Assembly: GCA_951406725.2 (NCBI GenBank)
Contig: OX597831.1
Coordinates: forward strand, 23,498,001-23,562,000
Origin: Octopus vulgaris
Taxonomy: Eukaryota
DNA: 64,000 nucleotides
Reading direction: 5' to 3'
Below, piece after piece: positions 23,586 to 37,504 of this stretch. Positions within the stretch are counted from its first letter, which is position 1, and each line of letters starts with the position of its first letter. The notes under the pieces are model-generated. The model was not told the origin of the DNA and ran no database searches. It saw nothing but the letters and a program-made list of their open reading frames with translations. Made by a program: the position numbers and the translations under genes.

Positions 23586-26500
23586 ACAAAGAAAGAACAC
23601 ATTGGACAATATAACCATTGATATCCGAAAAGGCAGGATTTCAAGGCTTTTGGTAAAAGTCTACTCAGTTGGTGAATTGTGAACAACATTGGTTAGTAAG
23701 AATAATGTTCCATGCACATGTTTCATATATTTGAAATGAAAGAAACACCTTCTTTTACCAACACAGGTTTTGCCATCAGAGATTTCTATCTGACTTTTGG
23801 GTAAGGAGCACCTCTGTAGAAATAGTCTTCACAATAAGATCCTAGCACTATCGTACAATTATCTGTTTCATACCCCCAGGAATAGTTGAACTTAGGCACT
23901 GCAAAGCTAACAAACCTCTTGTGAAATTCACCATAGTATTGTTGTTAAGAGAAACTACTATTTTAGTTTGTGATGACTATTAACAGCTAGGCAGACTGTG
24001 TTGTTTGACAATTAAACATCTTAATTACAGATGCAATAAAGTTCCTACGACAAGATGTGAATCACTTTCAACTGAATGTCTACCAGCTATCATTTTAGAC
24101 ATTAACACTTCCATCGACAGAATTACCAATTCTTTTCTTTGAAACATCATTCTGTTAAAAATACAGTGCAGCTAATCAACAAAATATTATGAGCAAGTCT
24201 TTTATTGATTCCTATCGCGCTGGAAAGAATGATTGGCTCAGTAAAGATTTTGACAAGTTCCTGGATCACAAAAACTGAAATCAATTTTAAGTTTTTGTTT
24301 TCATCTTATAATGGAATCGGGAATTATTAACATTGGCGGTTACAGGTTTCCAATAGACCAGTCACTTGATTGCTGCATTTCAGATGGAAAGTGCATGACC
24401 TTGCATTCTTCCATTAGCATGACCAATGTGCGCATGTGCTGGCTGCACTCATCTATTGATATTTTATATCAATGAACAAGAGGTTGGGTTCAAATCTGTT
24501 ATAAGATGGTGATAAAAAGTCCCTGAGGCAGAAGCAGACCAAAAATGATAAGAGAAACCGTGGGCTTAGATCTGAGAAAGTATGCCAGCCTTTAGAGATA
24601 AGATTATGCAGGATAAAGACGAATTGGTATCTGCAGTGTTATGTAACCCTATTCTATCATCGATAAATGGACATTAAAATGAACGCGATGAGGATAATGT
24701 TCAAATACTTCTACAATATCTTCATATTCTTGAATATTTGATTGTTGTAATCATCCCGACTTAATTAAACCTTTCATGATATACTTCTCATACATCTCCT
24801 CAATGAGTTTCTACATGGTCTTACAACCTGCTAGAAACAATAACTAAATCTTTCTAGAAAATCGCACCCTACTTTGTTAAAAAAAGGAAGTGACACATTA
24901 ACAATCTGTTAACTTTAGTCAAAAGAATATTGCAAGTAAGTAAGGATCAATCTACCCCCATGTTTTCGGGGATATCTTCTTCAATTCAAACTTTTGTGAC
25001 CGTAGTTTCTTCAAACAAAATGATCGTGTCTTTGTGTTTTAATTTCCAAAACAAAGTGAGAATACAAACGATTTAGTGAAATAACTGTAAATAGCTACAA
25101 TTCTACGATGGAATTTAAGAGCACACAAAAAGCTGTTAGTTTCATTTCATTTAAATTTAATTTGTGCCAAAATATTTTTGTTGGCTTTGAAACCGTGACC
25201 TGTTCACTGACAAAACATAAACACATATATATCATGAACTTGTAGTGGCACAAACATCCAGCACCATATTGGATGAGATCTCGCGGCAGCCATTGCCATC
25301 TCCGAGACTGGAGCGAGACCTCACCTGCATCCATTTGCCAGCCGCAAGAACACAACAAGGCTCGCGATGGAGAAAATTATATAAACAGGAAACCGATTCA
25401 GACCAGCCTCTTTTGGCGCCATTTACACAGCAGCATTGGCTGTACACGAACGCTGGCATAGTTTTCTGCCTGTCTATCTCCAGTGGCTATGCACCCACGC
25501 TATCGTAGCTTAAGATGGTAGCTGAGATCAGCACACTTCACTTTTCCTGTAAATAAACCAGTTGTAAATAGCATTTATGCTTGAAATCTTTTCTCTTCAC
25601 CTGCTGAAAGCCTAAACTGCATAAAGAACAAGAAAAGTGATGGAAGAAGATGATGTTCCTCAGATATCATAAACCTTGCCTTCCGTTACTAAAAACTAAC
25701 TGTTACTTTCTCAGATGCAGCACGAAGTTTTGTCAGTGAACAGGTCCTGGTTTCAAAGCAATGAAAATATTTTGAGATAAATTAAATTTAAATGTTATGT
25801 CCTGCATAGTGGCAATGTATTTCGTTGTCTCTGCGGGACTGGCCTGAACAGTGCACCTTGCTGACTGACATTACTGACTGCATCAGTCTACTATCCATTA
25901 GGAGTGGACCAGCCCACTTCTCACCTGGGAGCGTCCACCACAACAAATGTTGAAGTGAAACTAATGGTTTCTGTGTGTTCTTAAATGGTGTACAAACATC
26001 TTCCACACTGCAGTGGTTTTTGTTTCAGCACACGATCTCAATTCAAGTCACTTGGTATGCAAGTACATCTCTGTAAATAACTAACTTTCAGCTTAATAAA
26101 AGGCAGATGTTTATCTATCGAAATCTAATATTATCTTTTATATAATAAAGAAATTTCAGTCCAATTTGAACAATTTAATGGGCGTTGTTTTTTTGATTGG
26201 GTGTTGTTTCAAAGCAAGCAAGTCTCCTACTATAAATAAACTTTACTAGTTCAAGTAGCAATTATACAGTTTAAACAAATCGAGACACATTTTAGCTCAT
26301 TTGAATTTAAAATTATACGTGATTACAGAATAAAATGTAATGTTTAGGTATCTGTTGCTTACCTTAACTTAGCTAAGAGAAAGCATTATTGTCTACCCTC
26401 TCTGTTATCTTCGTTGTTTAAGAAACAAGAGCTGAGTTGAATAAGAACATTTGGCTGTATGCCTGTGAAATATAAATACCGGGTAATGATTCTGACAGAT

Positions 26501-26834
26501 GCAGTTTAACTTAGAAAACATTTACCATTTACTATAATAGAGATAGCATATATCCAGTAATTTCTCTTAATGTTGCTAGTACTATAACTGAACCAGTTCA
26601 ATGTAGCAACTATATACTCGTAACAAATACGTAACAGTATTTAGAATAAGGAAATAAGGACTTACTACATCAGCTAACGAGGTAGTTGCTATATAATTAC
26701 TATATGTGTTCAATGTGATGGTCAAATACATATTAGTACTTAAGTTGAAGACGCAGTACGTTAGTAAATATACAGACACAGAACCTGTTCAATTTGATTA
26801 CCGAATGTCTCTCAAGGAATGCATCGTTTACCTC

Positions 26835-27673
26835 TTATCTTTGAGCTGTTTTTTTTTTGTCATTAGACTGTGACCATGCTGGGGCAATGTATTGAAGAAC
26901 TTTTAGTCAAATGAATCGACCTCAGTACTTAATTTTATTTCAAAAGCCTGGTATTTATTCTGTCAGTCTCTTTTGCTGAACCTCTAAGTTACAGGGATGC
27001 AAACATGCCAACACTGTCAAGTGGGGGGGAGGCAAACACAGACACCAAGACACACACACACACATACATTTAACAGGCATCTTTCAGTTTCCGTCTACCA
27101 AATTCCCTCACAAAGCTTTGATCGGCTCGGGGTTATAGTAGAAGACACTTGCCTAATGTGCCATGCAGTGGGACTGAACCCAGAACTATGTGGTTGGGAA
27201 GCAAGCTTCATATTTCTTTATTGCCCACAAGGGGCTAAACATAGAGGGGACAAACAAGGACAGACAAAGGGATTAAGTCGATTACATCGACTCCAGTGCG
27301 TGACTGATACTTAATTTACTGACCCTGAAAGGATGAAAGGCAAAGTCGACCTCGGTAGAATTTGAACTCAGAACATAATGGCAGACGAAATACCTATTTC
27401 TTTACTACCCACAAGGGGCTAAACACAGAGAGGACTAACAAGGACAGACAAACAGATTAAGTCAATTACATCGACCCCAGTGCGTAACTGGTACTTATTT
27501 AATCGACCCCGAAAGGATGAAGGGCAAAGTTGACCTTGGCGGAATTTGAACTCAGAACGTAACGGCAGACGAAATACCGCTAAGCATTTCGCCCGGCATG
27601 CTAACGTTTCTGCCAGCTTTCCGCCTGTGTGGTAAGAAGCAAGTTTCTTACCACACAGCCACTCCCACTCCTG
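26835..27673 (-). mobile_element. Family B SINE with a family C dimer (27210-27625) inserted in its head
   Basis: The family B head is split at gaagcaagcttc / gaagcaagtttc. Confidence 0.85.
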
Positions 27674-28116
27674 CATAACAGTATTTATAACAGAGGTCAT
27701 GCGTGCTAGTTGCAAATCTTAAGGACATTGTTCAAAAATGTGTAGTTGAAGACAGAATTTAGATAGAAATGCTACTGAAATACTTTATTGAATCAGTTAT
27801 CTCTGTTGCCACAAGTCTGTTTAAACAGAGCTGACTAGGTCTGCAACAACAACAGAACCTATCCCTGTTTAGTGATCTGTGACTCCCAACTGTATTGACA
27901 CTAGAGAAAACAAAAATCTATGAAACTAGAGGGAAAAATAATCAATAATTGTCAAATCTGTTTCCGAAAAATGATTAAGCATGAACTTCGTGCCAGTCAC
28001 AGTGAGAATAATGACAAAACAACATTATAATACATTTTTCTTTTTTTCACTTTTTTTTTTTTTTTTAATCATTTTCTCATTTAGTAAAAAAAGAAAAAGA
28101 CCATCTTCTATGGTAG

Positions 28117-28427
28117 ATTGGGTTTGGGATGCATTGTCTACTGAAATTTACCTTGATTCCTTTCTGGTTCTTATTGCTATCCTAAACAAAACTGAAAGGC
28201 AAAAAAAGAATCAACTGTCTTCCCCATCTCAATTTTGACACTTTTATACATAAATATCAAAGTCTGATCTTTTTCATTTTTTTTTTTTTTTTTTTTAGGG
28301 TTTGGTTAAATCAACCTTGAGAAAGGTTGAACGTTTTTGTTAACTACCAGGAAACCAGAGCTAAACATCTCTACTAAAATAGTCATCTTCACTTTGGTGG
28401 CATACTTCATCATCATCATCATCATCC

Positions 28428-28468
<41 letters not shown>

Positions 28469-29064
28469 GTTTAACGTCCGTTTTCCGCGCTAGCACGGGT
28501 TGGACGGTTCGACCGGGGATCTGGGAAGCCAGAAGGCTGCACCAGGCTCCGGTCTTATCTGGCAAAGTTTTTACAGCTGGATGCCCTTCCTAACGCCAAC
28601 CATTCCGTGAGTGTAGTGGGTGCTTTTTACGTGCCACCTGCACTGGTGCCAGGCGAGGCTGGCATCGGCCACTGTCGGATTGGTGCATTTTATGGAAGCC
28701 AGTCGAGGCGGCACTGGCTTCGGCTACGATTTGGATGGTGCTTTTTACGTGCCACTGACACGGAAGCCAGTCGAGGCGGCGCTACATTGGGTTTGGAATG
28801 CATTGTCTACTGAAATTTACCTTGATTCCTTTCTGGTTCTTATTGCTATCCTAAACAAATGAAAGGCAAAAAAGAATCAACTGTCTTCCCCATCTCAATT
28901 TTGACACTTTTATACATAAATATCAAAGTCTGATCTTTTTCATTTTTTTTTTTTTCGGGTTTGGTTAAATCAACCTTGAGAAAGGTTGAACGTTTTTGAT
29001 AACTACCGGGAAACCAGAGCTAAGCATCTCTACTAAAATAGTCATCTTCACTTTGGTGGCATAC

Positions 29065-29097
<33 letters not shown>

Positions 29098-29335
29098 GTT
29101 TAACGTCCGTTTTCCGCGCTAGCATGGGTTGGACGGTTTGACTGGGGTCTGGGAAGCCAGGGGCTGCACCAGGCTCCAGTCTGATCTGGCAGTGTTTCTA
29201 CAGCTGGATGCCCTTCCTAACGCCAACCACTCCGCGAGTGTAGTGGGTGCTTTTTACGTGCCACCTGCACAGATGCCAGGGTGGGGTCTGGCATTGGCCA
29301 CGATCGGTTGGTGCTTTTAACGTGCCACCGGCACA
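28117..29335. repeat. Direct duplication of about 290 bp of unique sequence, each copy followed by a minus-strand (GAT)n-tailed RTE-type element
   Basis: attgggtttgg...ggcatacttcatc at 28117 and again at 28786. Confidence 0.9.
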
Positions 29336-29491
29336 TCATCATCATCATCTTTTCCATGCTTGCATGGGTAGGATGGAGTTTGTTGAGGCAGACACTCTAT
29401 GGCTGGGTGCCATTCCTGTTGCCAACACTCACCTATTTCTGTGTTAGGTAATATTTCCTTATCACCAGACAAGTTTTCATTGAAGATTTGC

Positions 29492-30297
29492 TGAACCGCT
29501 AAGTTACGGGTAAGTAAACACACCACCATCAGTTGTCAAGCGATGTTGGGGGGGACAAACACAGACACAGAAAAACACATACACACACATATATATATAT
29601 ATATATACACATTGTCAAGCAATGTTGGTGAGACAAACACAAACACACAAACATATACACACACACATATACACATATGCACATATACATATATACATAT
29701 ATATACATATATATATATACATATATACGACGGGCTTCTTTCAGTTTCCGTCTACCAAATCCACTCACAAGGATTTGGTTGGCCCGAGGCTATAGTGAAG
29801 GCACTTGCTCAAGGTGCCATGCATAATGGTGATACTTGTTTAATCTCATCATACAAAGTCACTAGAATGAGATAATCCAATGCCAGTTGACGGCCACAAT
29901 CAATTAGAGACATGGGGCCTTATTCATTTAATTTATCTGACCCAATGACAGCAATTAGGATTCCAAGATGCAAACACCCAACTTACTCTCTCTTTTAATT
30001 GTTTCAGTCATTTGACTGTGGCCATGCTGGAGCACTGCCTTTAGTCGAGCAAATCGCCCCCAGCACTTTTTCTTTGGAAGTCTAGTACTTAGTCTATCAG
30101 TCTCTTTTGCCGAACCGCTAAGTTACGGGTACATAAACACACCAGCATTGGTTGTCAAGCGATGTTGTGGGGACAAACACAGACACACAAACACAGACAC
30201 ACACACACACACACACATATACATATATGTATATATATATACATATATACGACAGGCTTCTTTCAGTTTCTGTCTACCAAATCCACTCATAAGGCTT
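29492..30297 (-). mobile_element. Two partial family B SINEs (29492-29824, 29985-30297)
   Basis: tttcagtttccgtctaccaaatccactcacaagg and tail motifs. Confidence 0.85.
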
Positions 30298-30518
30298 TAT
30301 ATATATTTATATATTTATACTCACACAAGCTCACACAAGCACACACACATACATATATATTTATACCCACAAACACACATACATATATTTATACTCACAC
30401 ACGCACACACATATATATTTATATCACACATACTTACACACATATATATACATATATATTTATACTCACAGACACACACATGCATATATATTTATACACA
30501 CACACATACATATATGTA

Positions 30519-30850
30519 TGGCTCAGTGGTTAAAGCACTTGGCGCACAGTCATGAGGTAGTCCAATTCCCAGACCAGGCACTGTGTTGTGTTCTTGAGCA
30601 AGACACTTTATTTCACTTTACTTCACAGTTCAATCAGCTGTAGAAATGAGTTGTGACATCACTGTTGCCAAGCTGTATCAGCCTTTGCCTTTCTCATGGA
30701 TAACATCGGTGGTATGGACAAGGAAAACTGGAATGCTTGGACAACTGCTGGTCTTCCATGTACTACCTTGCCCAGACTTGTGCCTTGAAGGGTAACTTTC
30801 TAGGTATGATCCCATGGTCATTCATAACTGATGTTGGTCTTTACTCTTTA
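30519..30850 (+). mobile_element. tRNA-derived CORE-like SINE (family D)
   Basis: A box tggctcagtgg, gtgttcttgagcaagacactttatttcac; related heads at 37285, 38090, 49665 and 49900 (minus). Confidence 0.7.
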
Positions 30851-30855
30851 TATAT

Positions 30856-31006
30856 AGCTTGCTTACCAACCACATGGTTCTTTGGTTGAGTCCCACTACA
30901 TGGCACCTTGGGCAAGTGTCTTCTACTACAGCCTCGTGCCAACCTAAGCCTTGTGAGGGGATTTGGTAGACAGAAACAGAAATAAGCCTGTCGTATATAT
31001 GTATAC

Positions 31007-31040
<34 letters not shown>

Positions 31041-31250
31041 ATATGTATGTGTGTCTGTGTTTGTCCCCCCAACATCGCTTGACAACTGATGCTGGTGTGT
31101 TTACATCTCTGTAACTTAGCAGTTCGGCAAAAGAGACCTATAGAATAAGTATTAGGTTTACAAAAAATAAGTCCTGGGGTTGATTTGCTAGACTAAAGGT
31201 GGTGCTCCAGCATGGCCACAGTCAAATGACTGAAACAAGTGAAAGAGAGT
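30856..31250 (+). mobile_element. Family B SINE
   Basis: Consensus match, slightly 5'-truncated. Confidence 0.9.
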
Positions 31251-31290
31251 ATAGATATATATGTATATATATAATGTAAAAGAATGTAAA

Positions 31291-31473
31291 AGAAGAACTG
31301 GAGCAACACGTAACAATTAGAAGGTGATCATTAGTATTTAATCATCATAGCTTAATTATGGTTATGATAACATTATCGTTTGCTTCGATAATGTTATATT
31401 AACCATAATTAAATTATGATCAATAAATAATAACGATCAACTTCTAATTGTTACATGTTGCTCCATTTCTTCT
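31291..31473. repeat. Imperfect palindrome, about 90-bp arms
   Basis: tggagcaacacgtaacaattagaag...ataacattatcg / cgataatgttat...cttctaattgttacatgttgctcca. Confidence 0.85.
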
Positions 31474-31634
31474 CTTACTTTATCTGAATATATTAAACCA
31501 TGGTCATCCTTAAGTTACCAACTACTGTTAACTTTACAGCATGACCTATACATAGTCAGGTAATGCACCAGTAGTTCCTACAGATACATTTATCCCTTAG
31601 ACAGTTGCATAACCTCGAACTCATAATTTCTCTC

Positions 31635-32216
31635 TCTCTCTTAATATATATATATACGAGCAAAACGCCCCCCCCCCGTCCAATGAACGGTGCTGAGTTG
31701 TCAAACATTTAAACCAAATTTTCTCAAAACAACTTGTCCGACCGTCCCATAGGCCTCCCCTTTGTAAAACACTGATTTAACTTAAATTTGAGACACCAGC
31801 AAAAGAAGAAATAACCATAGACTTTTTTCTATTCCAAAGAATACCGATTTTATTCACACAAATGTGTAACCGAAGAGTTTAAAGTACCAGTAATGATAAG
31901 GCTGTTGACTGGGAGAACACAAACATGGTTTAAACAGTAAGCTTGGCAGGAAAGAAACGTGCGTTTAAGCAGTACAAAAACAACAAAAAAATGGAAGGTG
32001 CAGTTATGTACAGATTGACAGAAGAAAAGCAGGACAAAAATGGTTTTATCGATCACCTTCCCACCAGGAATCGATTTTGTAATTTTTTTCAAGACTTATA
32101 CACACCCTGATACCGTCGGTATCTACATATCAAATTTGAGCGCAATCAGATGGAGGATGCTCAAGATCCTAGAAGACACACACACAGACCGACAGAGTGG
32201 ATCTTATATAATAGAT
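31635..32216. mobile_element. Helitron-like non-autonomous remnant(s)
   Basis: The right end reverse-complements to TCTATTATATAAGA...ctgtcggtctgtgtgtg, a typical Helitron 5' start; the left end has a similar tcttaatata(ta)n start; CpG-richer than the flanks. Confidence 0.4.
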
Positions 32217-32388
32217 ATATATTGTGTAGTTGAGCAGTATCTCCTTGGTTATAGCATATAACCAGTGGTAACTTGCTGACTAATTATATTCCATAACCAA
32301 GGATATACAACACAACTACATAAAGTATTACTGCTCAAAATTTCATTTTGAGTGACTTTCTTTTTACTGACTCATGGACAAGTGACCA

Positions 32389-32444
<56 letters not shown>

Positions 32445-33375
32445 TCACTCACTCATACACTCTTACACAAACAAACATACACTATGTTTCGATTTGTTTT
32501 ATTGTTGATCATCATCAGGTTTTTTGTTCTCGAACGGGTTTACTAGGAATTCTTATTTCTTTCCTAGATGTACATGTTATCAGTGGCATGCAACAAGGCT
32601 ATGAACGTTATTGCTTTCAGTTTACCAATTTCAAATCCAGTCTGGTACCATGTACAATGACGTAGCTATAAATATTGAAAGACATATCTCTGCTCCGCAG
32701 ACGAGGTTAATTACAATCTCAAGAACTTACACTTTTGATAGTTTCAAAAGAGAAAAAAATAAAACGGAAAGGCATAAGGATAATCAATACAAAAGTCTTA
32801 GAAGCATAGAATACCAGAATACCACTAAATTTGTTTTTCTTAAAGATATCGATAATATTACATGCATTTTATTGTTGCACATTTTCATGAAAATAAAAAA
32901 AAAAAGGTTGAAAAAAATAATAAAGTAACATATTAGTATTCCGTGATTTTTTTTTTTTTTTATGAATTACAACCAACGTAAATGTAACAAAATAAATATC
33001 TTTGACAGCTGGACCTCCAGAGTAAACAAATGGCTCGGTGCCACATACAACATGTAACCATTTTGCTTATGTATCTACAATTTCTCTTTGTTGCCAACTA
33101 CAAACTTTTCTGATTATGTATATGCATATATATCAGTGGTGCTTCTTGCATGAATGCTGCCATGCAAGAAGTGTATGTGTGTGGCTGTGGTTGCATAAGT
33201 AAAAGCATATAGTGAATCAGAATTTAATATTAATCTTTCGTTTTTACGAGAGAAACGCGAGGGGGAAAAAAGAAAAAGAGTCTTTACATGTTACACGTAA
33301 ACTATTTTAATTGCATGGCAGCTTTGACTCATAACATTGTATGCCCTGGCTTAAGTACCAGGGTTTGTGGGCACA

Positions 33376-33900
33376 GACACAATCAAATATACATGCACAC
33401 ACATGTAATCAAACAAACACACGCATACACACACAAAGACACATACACACAAATACATACACAAACACGCAATCAAACACACATACACACACACAAGCAC
33501 ACTCACACACAATCAAACACAGTCATATACGCACACAAGAACACACACATACACAATCAAACATGCATACAGACACACATGCAATCAAACAAACACACTC
33601 ACACACACACAAAGACACATATACAAACACACAATCAAACACACATACACACACACAAGCACACACACACACACACAATCAAAAACAGTCATACACACAC
33701 AGAGGAACACACACATATACAATCAAACATACATACACACACACACATGCAATCACACAAACACACACGCATACGCACACACACTAAGACACATACACAA
33801 ACACACAATCAAACATGCATACACACACAAAAGCATCCACACACAATCAAACACAGTCATACACACACATGCACAATCAAACGCACACACACACATGCAC
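33376..33900. repeat. Degenerate CA-rich minisatellite with recurring caatcaaac
   Basis: Directly visible; generates the H/T-rich ORFs. Confidence 0.85.
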
Positions 33901-33914
33901 CTATATATAAGGTC

Positions 33915-34537
33915 ATTGTTGTATGTCTGACTTCCATGTTAGTTTGGGTTGAGAATTCTTATTCAAAGTTACTGCCCTCCTAAATAATTTGGAGGACTAT
34001 ATTTTGTCCATGCATTCCATTTTGGCTTGGTTTGTATGACTGGATACACATCTTAATGCTATTCACCTTACGAAGTGTACAGGTTGCATTTTATAAGTTG
34101 AACTCAAATGAAGATATATTATATATCTCTGCCCTACCCCCAGTCACTACCATAACTTTAACGTGCATTGTACGATACTTATATGGATGGGCTTTCTCCA
34201 CAACTATGTTTCACCACTCATCATGGTCATTTGTTATCTTCATGGAGAGTTACTCTCTCTTGAGATCATCCTCACCACTTTGTTCCAATCCTTCTTAAGT
34301 TACCCTCTTCTAAGGATCTTATCCGTTTTGAATGTTTGGTATTCAAAACATGGATCAGTATCATCATCATCATCATTGTTTAACATCCGTTTTCCATGCT
34401 AGAATCGGTTCGACGGTTCGACTGGGGTCTGGGAAGCCAGAAGGCTGCACCAGACTCCAATCTGATCTGGCAGTGTTTCTACAGCTGGATGCCCTTCCTA
34501 ACGCCAACAACTCTGTGAGTGTAGTGAGTGCTTTTAC

Positions 34538-34589
<52 letters not shown>

Positions 34590-35085
34590 CTATATGTATA
34601 TATATATATATGATATACACACAGATACATGCATGTGTGTGTGTGTGTGTGTGCGAGTGGCTGTGTGGTAAGAAGCTTGCTTCCAAACAACATGGTTCCC
34701 AGTTCAGTCCCACTGTATAGCACCTTGGGCAAGTGTCTTCTATAAGCTGTATTCATCTATACATATTACATGTCTATACGAGTACAGTGTTATTTCTTGT
34801 ACATTATATCTGATTCCTGTCATGTCCCATGTTTCTTTCACCTTATTTGTACACTATTATTCCTGTACCTTACACAGGAAGCAGAGAACGTTATCAATTT
34901 CTTTGTAGTCTTTGTAAATCCTCTTCACTAAAATTCCATCTCTCATGGCCATGCAGTTCACACACAGGTAACAATCAAGCAAAAGCCCTTATTCTGAGTG
35001 AGAAGCCCTTTGTTACCAGCTCCTTGAACTTTTCCCCATCCAATTTCTACCCTGGTTACTATGCTTTTGGAACACCCATCTCCAA
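33915..35085 (-). mobile_element. Old fragmented RTE LINE 3' part, interrupted by younger repeats (34360-34745)
   Basis: Minus strand 35085-34880 reads with frameshifts as GDGCSKSIVTRVEIGWGK.KEL.VTKGFSLRIR...EEDLQRLQRN; 34330-34180 resembles the RTE C-terminal RGRP..W..VV..D motif. Confidence 0.6.
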
Positions 35086-35444
35086 TCTAATACTTTCTCA
35101 TTGACAGAAAAAGTTGTCAATTAATTCTTGTGAACTTGGTAAGCATTTTAAGGAATGTATTTCGTGTGTATTCTTAATACTAATTATTCTTATGCATCAA
35201 TTGCATAAGTATTTTACCTTCGTTGCCCATCTGTCTGAGATTGTATTACACCTCTTCTACTTCCATTATTTGCACTGACTGCACCATATGGAATTTTACC
35301 AATTTTTTTAATGCATATTATGCATGACAGTTTTCCCTGATGGTATCAAAGTTCTGTCTTCTTTTCCACATAAACTTCAGTCTTTGCAAAGTTTACTTTG
35401 AGGACCATTAATTCTAGGATTATTTTGCAGGTCTGGAATTTATT

Positions 35445-35886
35445 TCCTCTCTTTACACTTTTACTTGTTTCAGTCATTTGACTGTGGCCAAGCTGGAGCA
35501 CCGCCTTTAGTTAAGCAAATCAACCCCAGGACTTATTCTTTGTAAGCCTAGTACTTATTCTATCAGTCTCTTTTGCCAAACTGCTAAGTTACGGTGACGT
35601 AAACACACCAGCATCGGTTGTCACGTGATGTTGGGAGGACAAACACAGGCACACAAACACAGACACACAAACATATACACACATACATACATATATATGT
35701 ATATATATATATATACACATATATACGACAGGCTTCTTTCAGTTTATGTCTACCAAATCCACTCACAAGGCTTTGGTTGGCCCAAGGCTAAAGTAGAAAA
35801 CACTTGCCCAAGGTTCCATGCAGTGCGAATGAACCTGGAACCATGTGGTTGGTAAGCAAGCTACTTACCACACATCCACTCCTATA

Positions 35887-35933
<47 letters not shown>

Positions 35934-36320
35934 TTACATACATACATAAGTATATCTTTCTCTTTCTCTCTTTTCTCTTTTACTTGTTTCAGTCATTTGA
36001 CTGCGGCCATGCTGGAGCACCACCTTTTAGTACTTATTCTATCGGTCTCTTTTTGCCGAACCGCTAAGTGACGGGGACATAAACACACCAGCATCGGTTG
36101 TCAAGCAATGCTAGGGGGACAAACACAGACACACAAACACACATATACATATATACGACAGGCTTCTTTCAGTTTCCGTCTACCAAATCCACTCACAAGG
36201 CATTGGTCGGCCCGGGGCTATAGCAGAAGACAGTTGCCCAAGATGCCACGCAGTGGGACTGAACCCGCAACCGTGTGGTTGGTTAGCAAGCTACTTACCA
36301 CACAGCCACTCCTGCGCCTA
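35445..36320 (-). mobile_element. Two family B SINEs (35445-35885, 35965-36320)
   Basis: Reverse-complement consensus matches. Confidence 0.9.
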
Positions 36321-37004
36321 TATATATATATACATTAAAAAAACTGGAGATTTGGCTAGAAAGTGGTTTTATTATAATATCATGAATAGCATAATCTTTA
36401 CATGAGTTTCACAAACGTACCCTAGTAAGCCATTTGGCCATTATTACATAGTCAATTGCTTAATCACCTTGTAACTTTAGATAATCAGAATAAAACTGTA
36501 ATATAATCCATTGATGGTAACCAGTGTTAACTGGCAAGCAAAAACCAAGTTAAGAATTGAATGTATATTCGGTAGATGCTTCCATATATAGCCATTAAGG
36601 AATTTTATTATTGCTATTTTATTGGTGAGATAAGGAAAGATGGAGAGAGATTGGTTAGAAGTGCAATCAGGGTATCTAAGGAGGAAAACAAAATCAGCTC
36701 CCAAACTATCCCGATCAGAGATAGTATCAAGTTAATGGTGATAATAGGTAAGGAATAAGGAAGATAGAGGCAGAAAATGGTCAAGCACACATTCATATTC
36801 ACATATTTACACATACACGAATATTTTGAATGAAACAGTTCTAGTCCTGTAGAAGCTCCTTCTATAAAATAAATTAATTTACTCTGCTATGTATTGAGTA
36901 CCTTATTTACTGTGGTTAACCCCGACTCAACCCGGGACCTACATATATATATATATATACATGCATATAAACAAACACACTTACATACATATATAGAAAC
37001 ACTA

Positions 37005-37285
37005 TTTCAGTTACAATGATGAGGGTCCCAGCTGATACGATCAATGGAATACTGTGCTCATGAAATTAATGTTGAAGTGGCTGAGCACTCCACAGACACA
37101 GGAAGATTCAGAGAGACACAGAGTGTGACAAAGCTGGCCCTTTGAAATACAGGTACTACACATTTTTGCCAGCTGAGTGGACTGGAACAACGTGAAATAA
37201 AGTGTGTCACTGGGATCACTGGGAATTGAACTCATAACCTTATGACCATGAGCTGAATACCCTCACCACTAAGCCACACACCTTC
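37005..37285 (-). mobile_element. Family D-like SINE
   Basis: Head tggcttagtgg...gagttcaattccc, cactttatttcac. Confidence 0.65.
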
Positions 37286-37504
37286 ACATACATACAGACA
37301 CACACAATATATATATGCGTATAATGTGTGTATATATATATATACATATAATATTTGTTTTTATGCTCAGTTATAATAAAAACAATTTTACCTTAATCTG
37401 ATGATACAATACTATTGTAGAGGACAAATTTATTATTCTTAAAGAATATCGTTAATAGTGACTTCAATGTTTTGGCCAATTAACTCATTGTTATATTTCC
37501 ATTA

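Noticed and set aside
30552-30562. let-7-like tgaggtagt
   Set aside because: Lies in a SINE tRNA-derived head; no further match or hairpin.
33288-33983. 231-aa His/Thr-rich ORF
   Set aside because: CA-rich minisatellite lacking stops by composition.
36477-36814. Short ORFs in unique-looking sequence
   Set aside because: No recognisable domain or splice structure; possibly a decayed retroelement.
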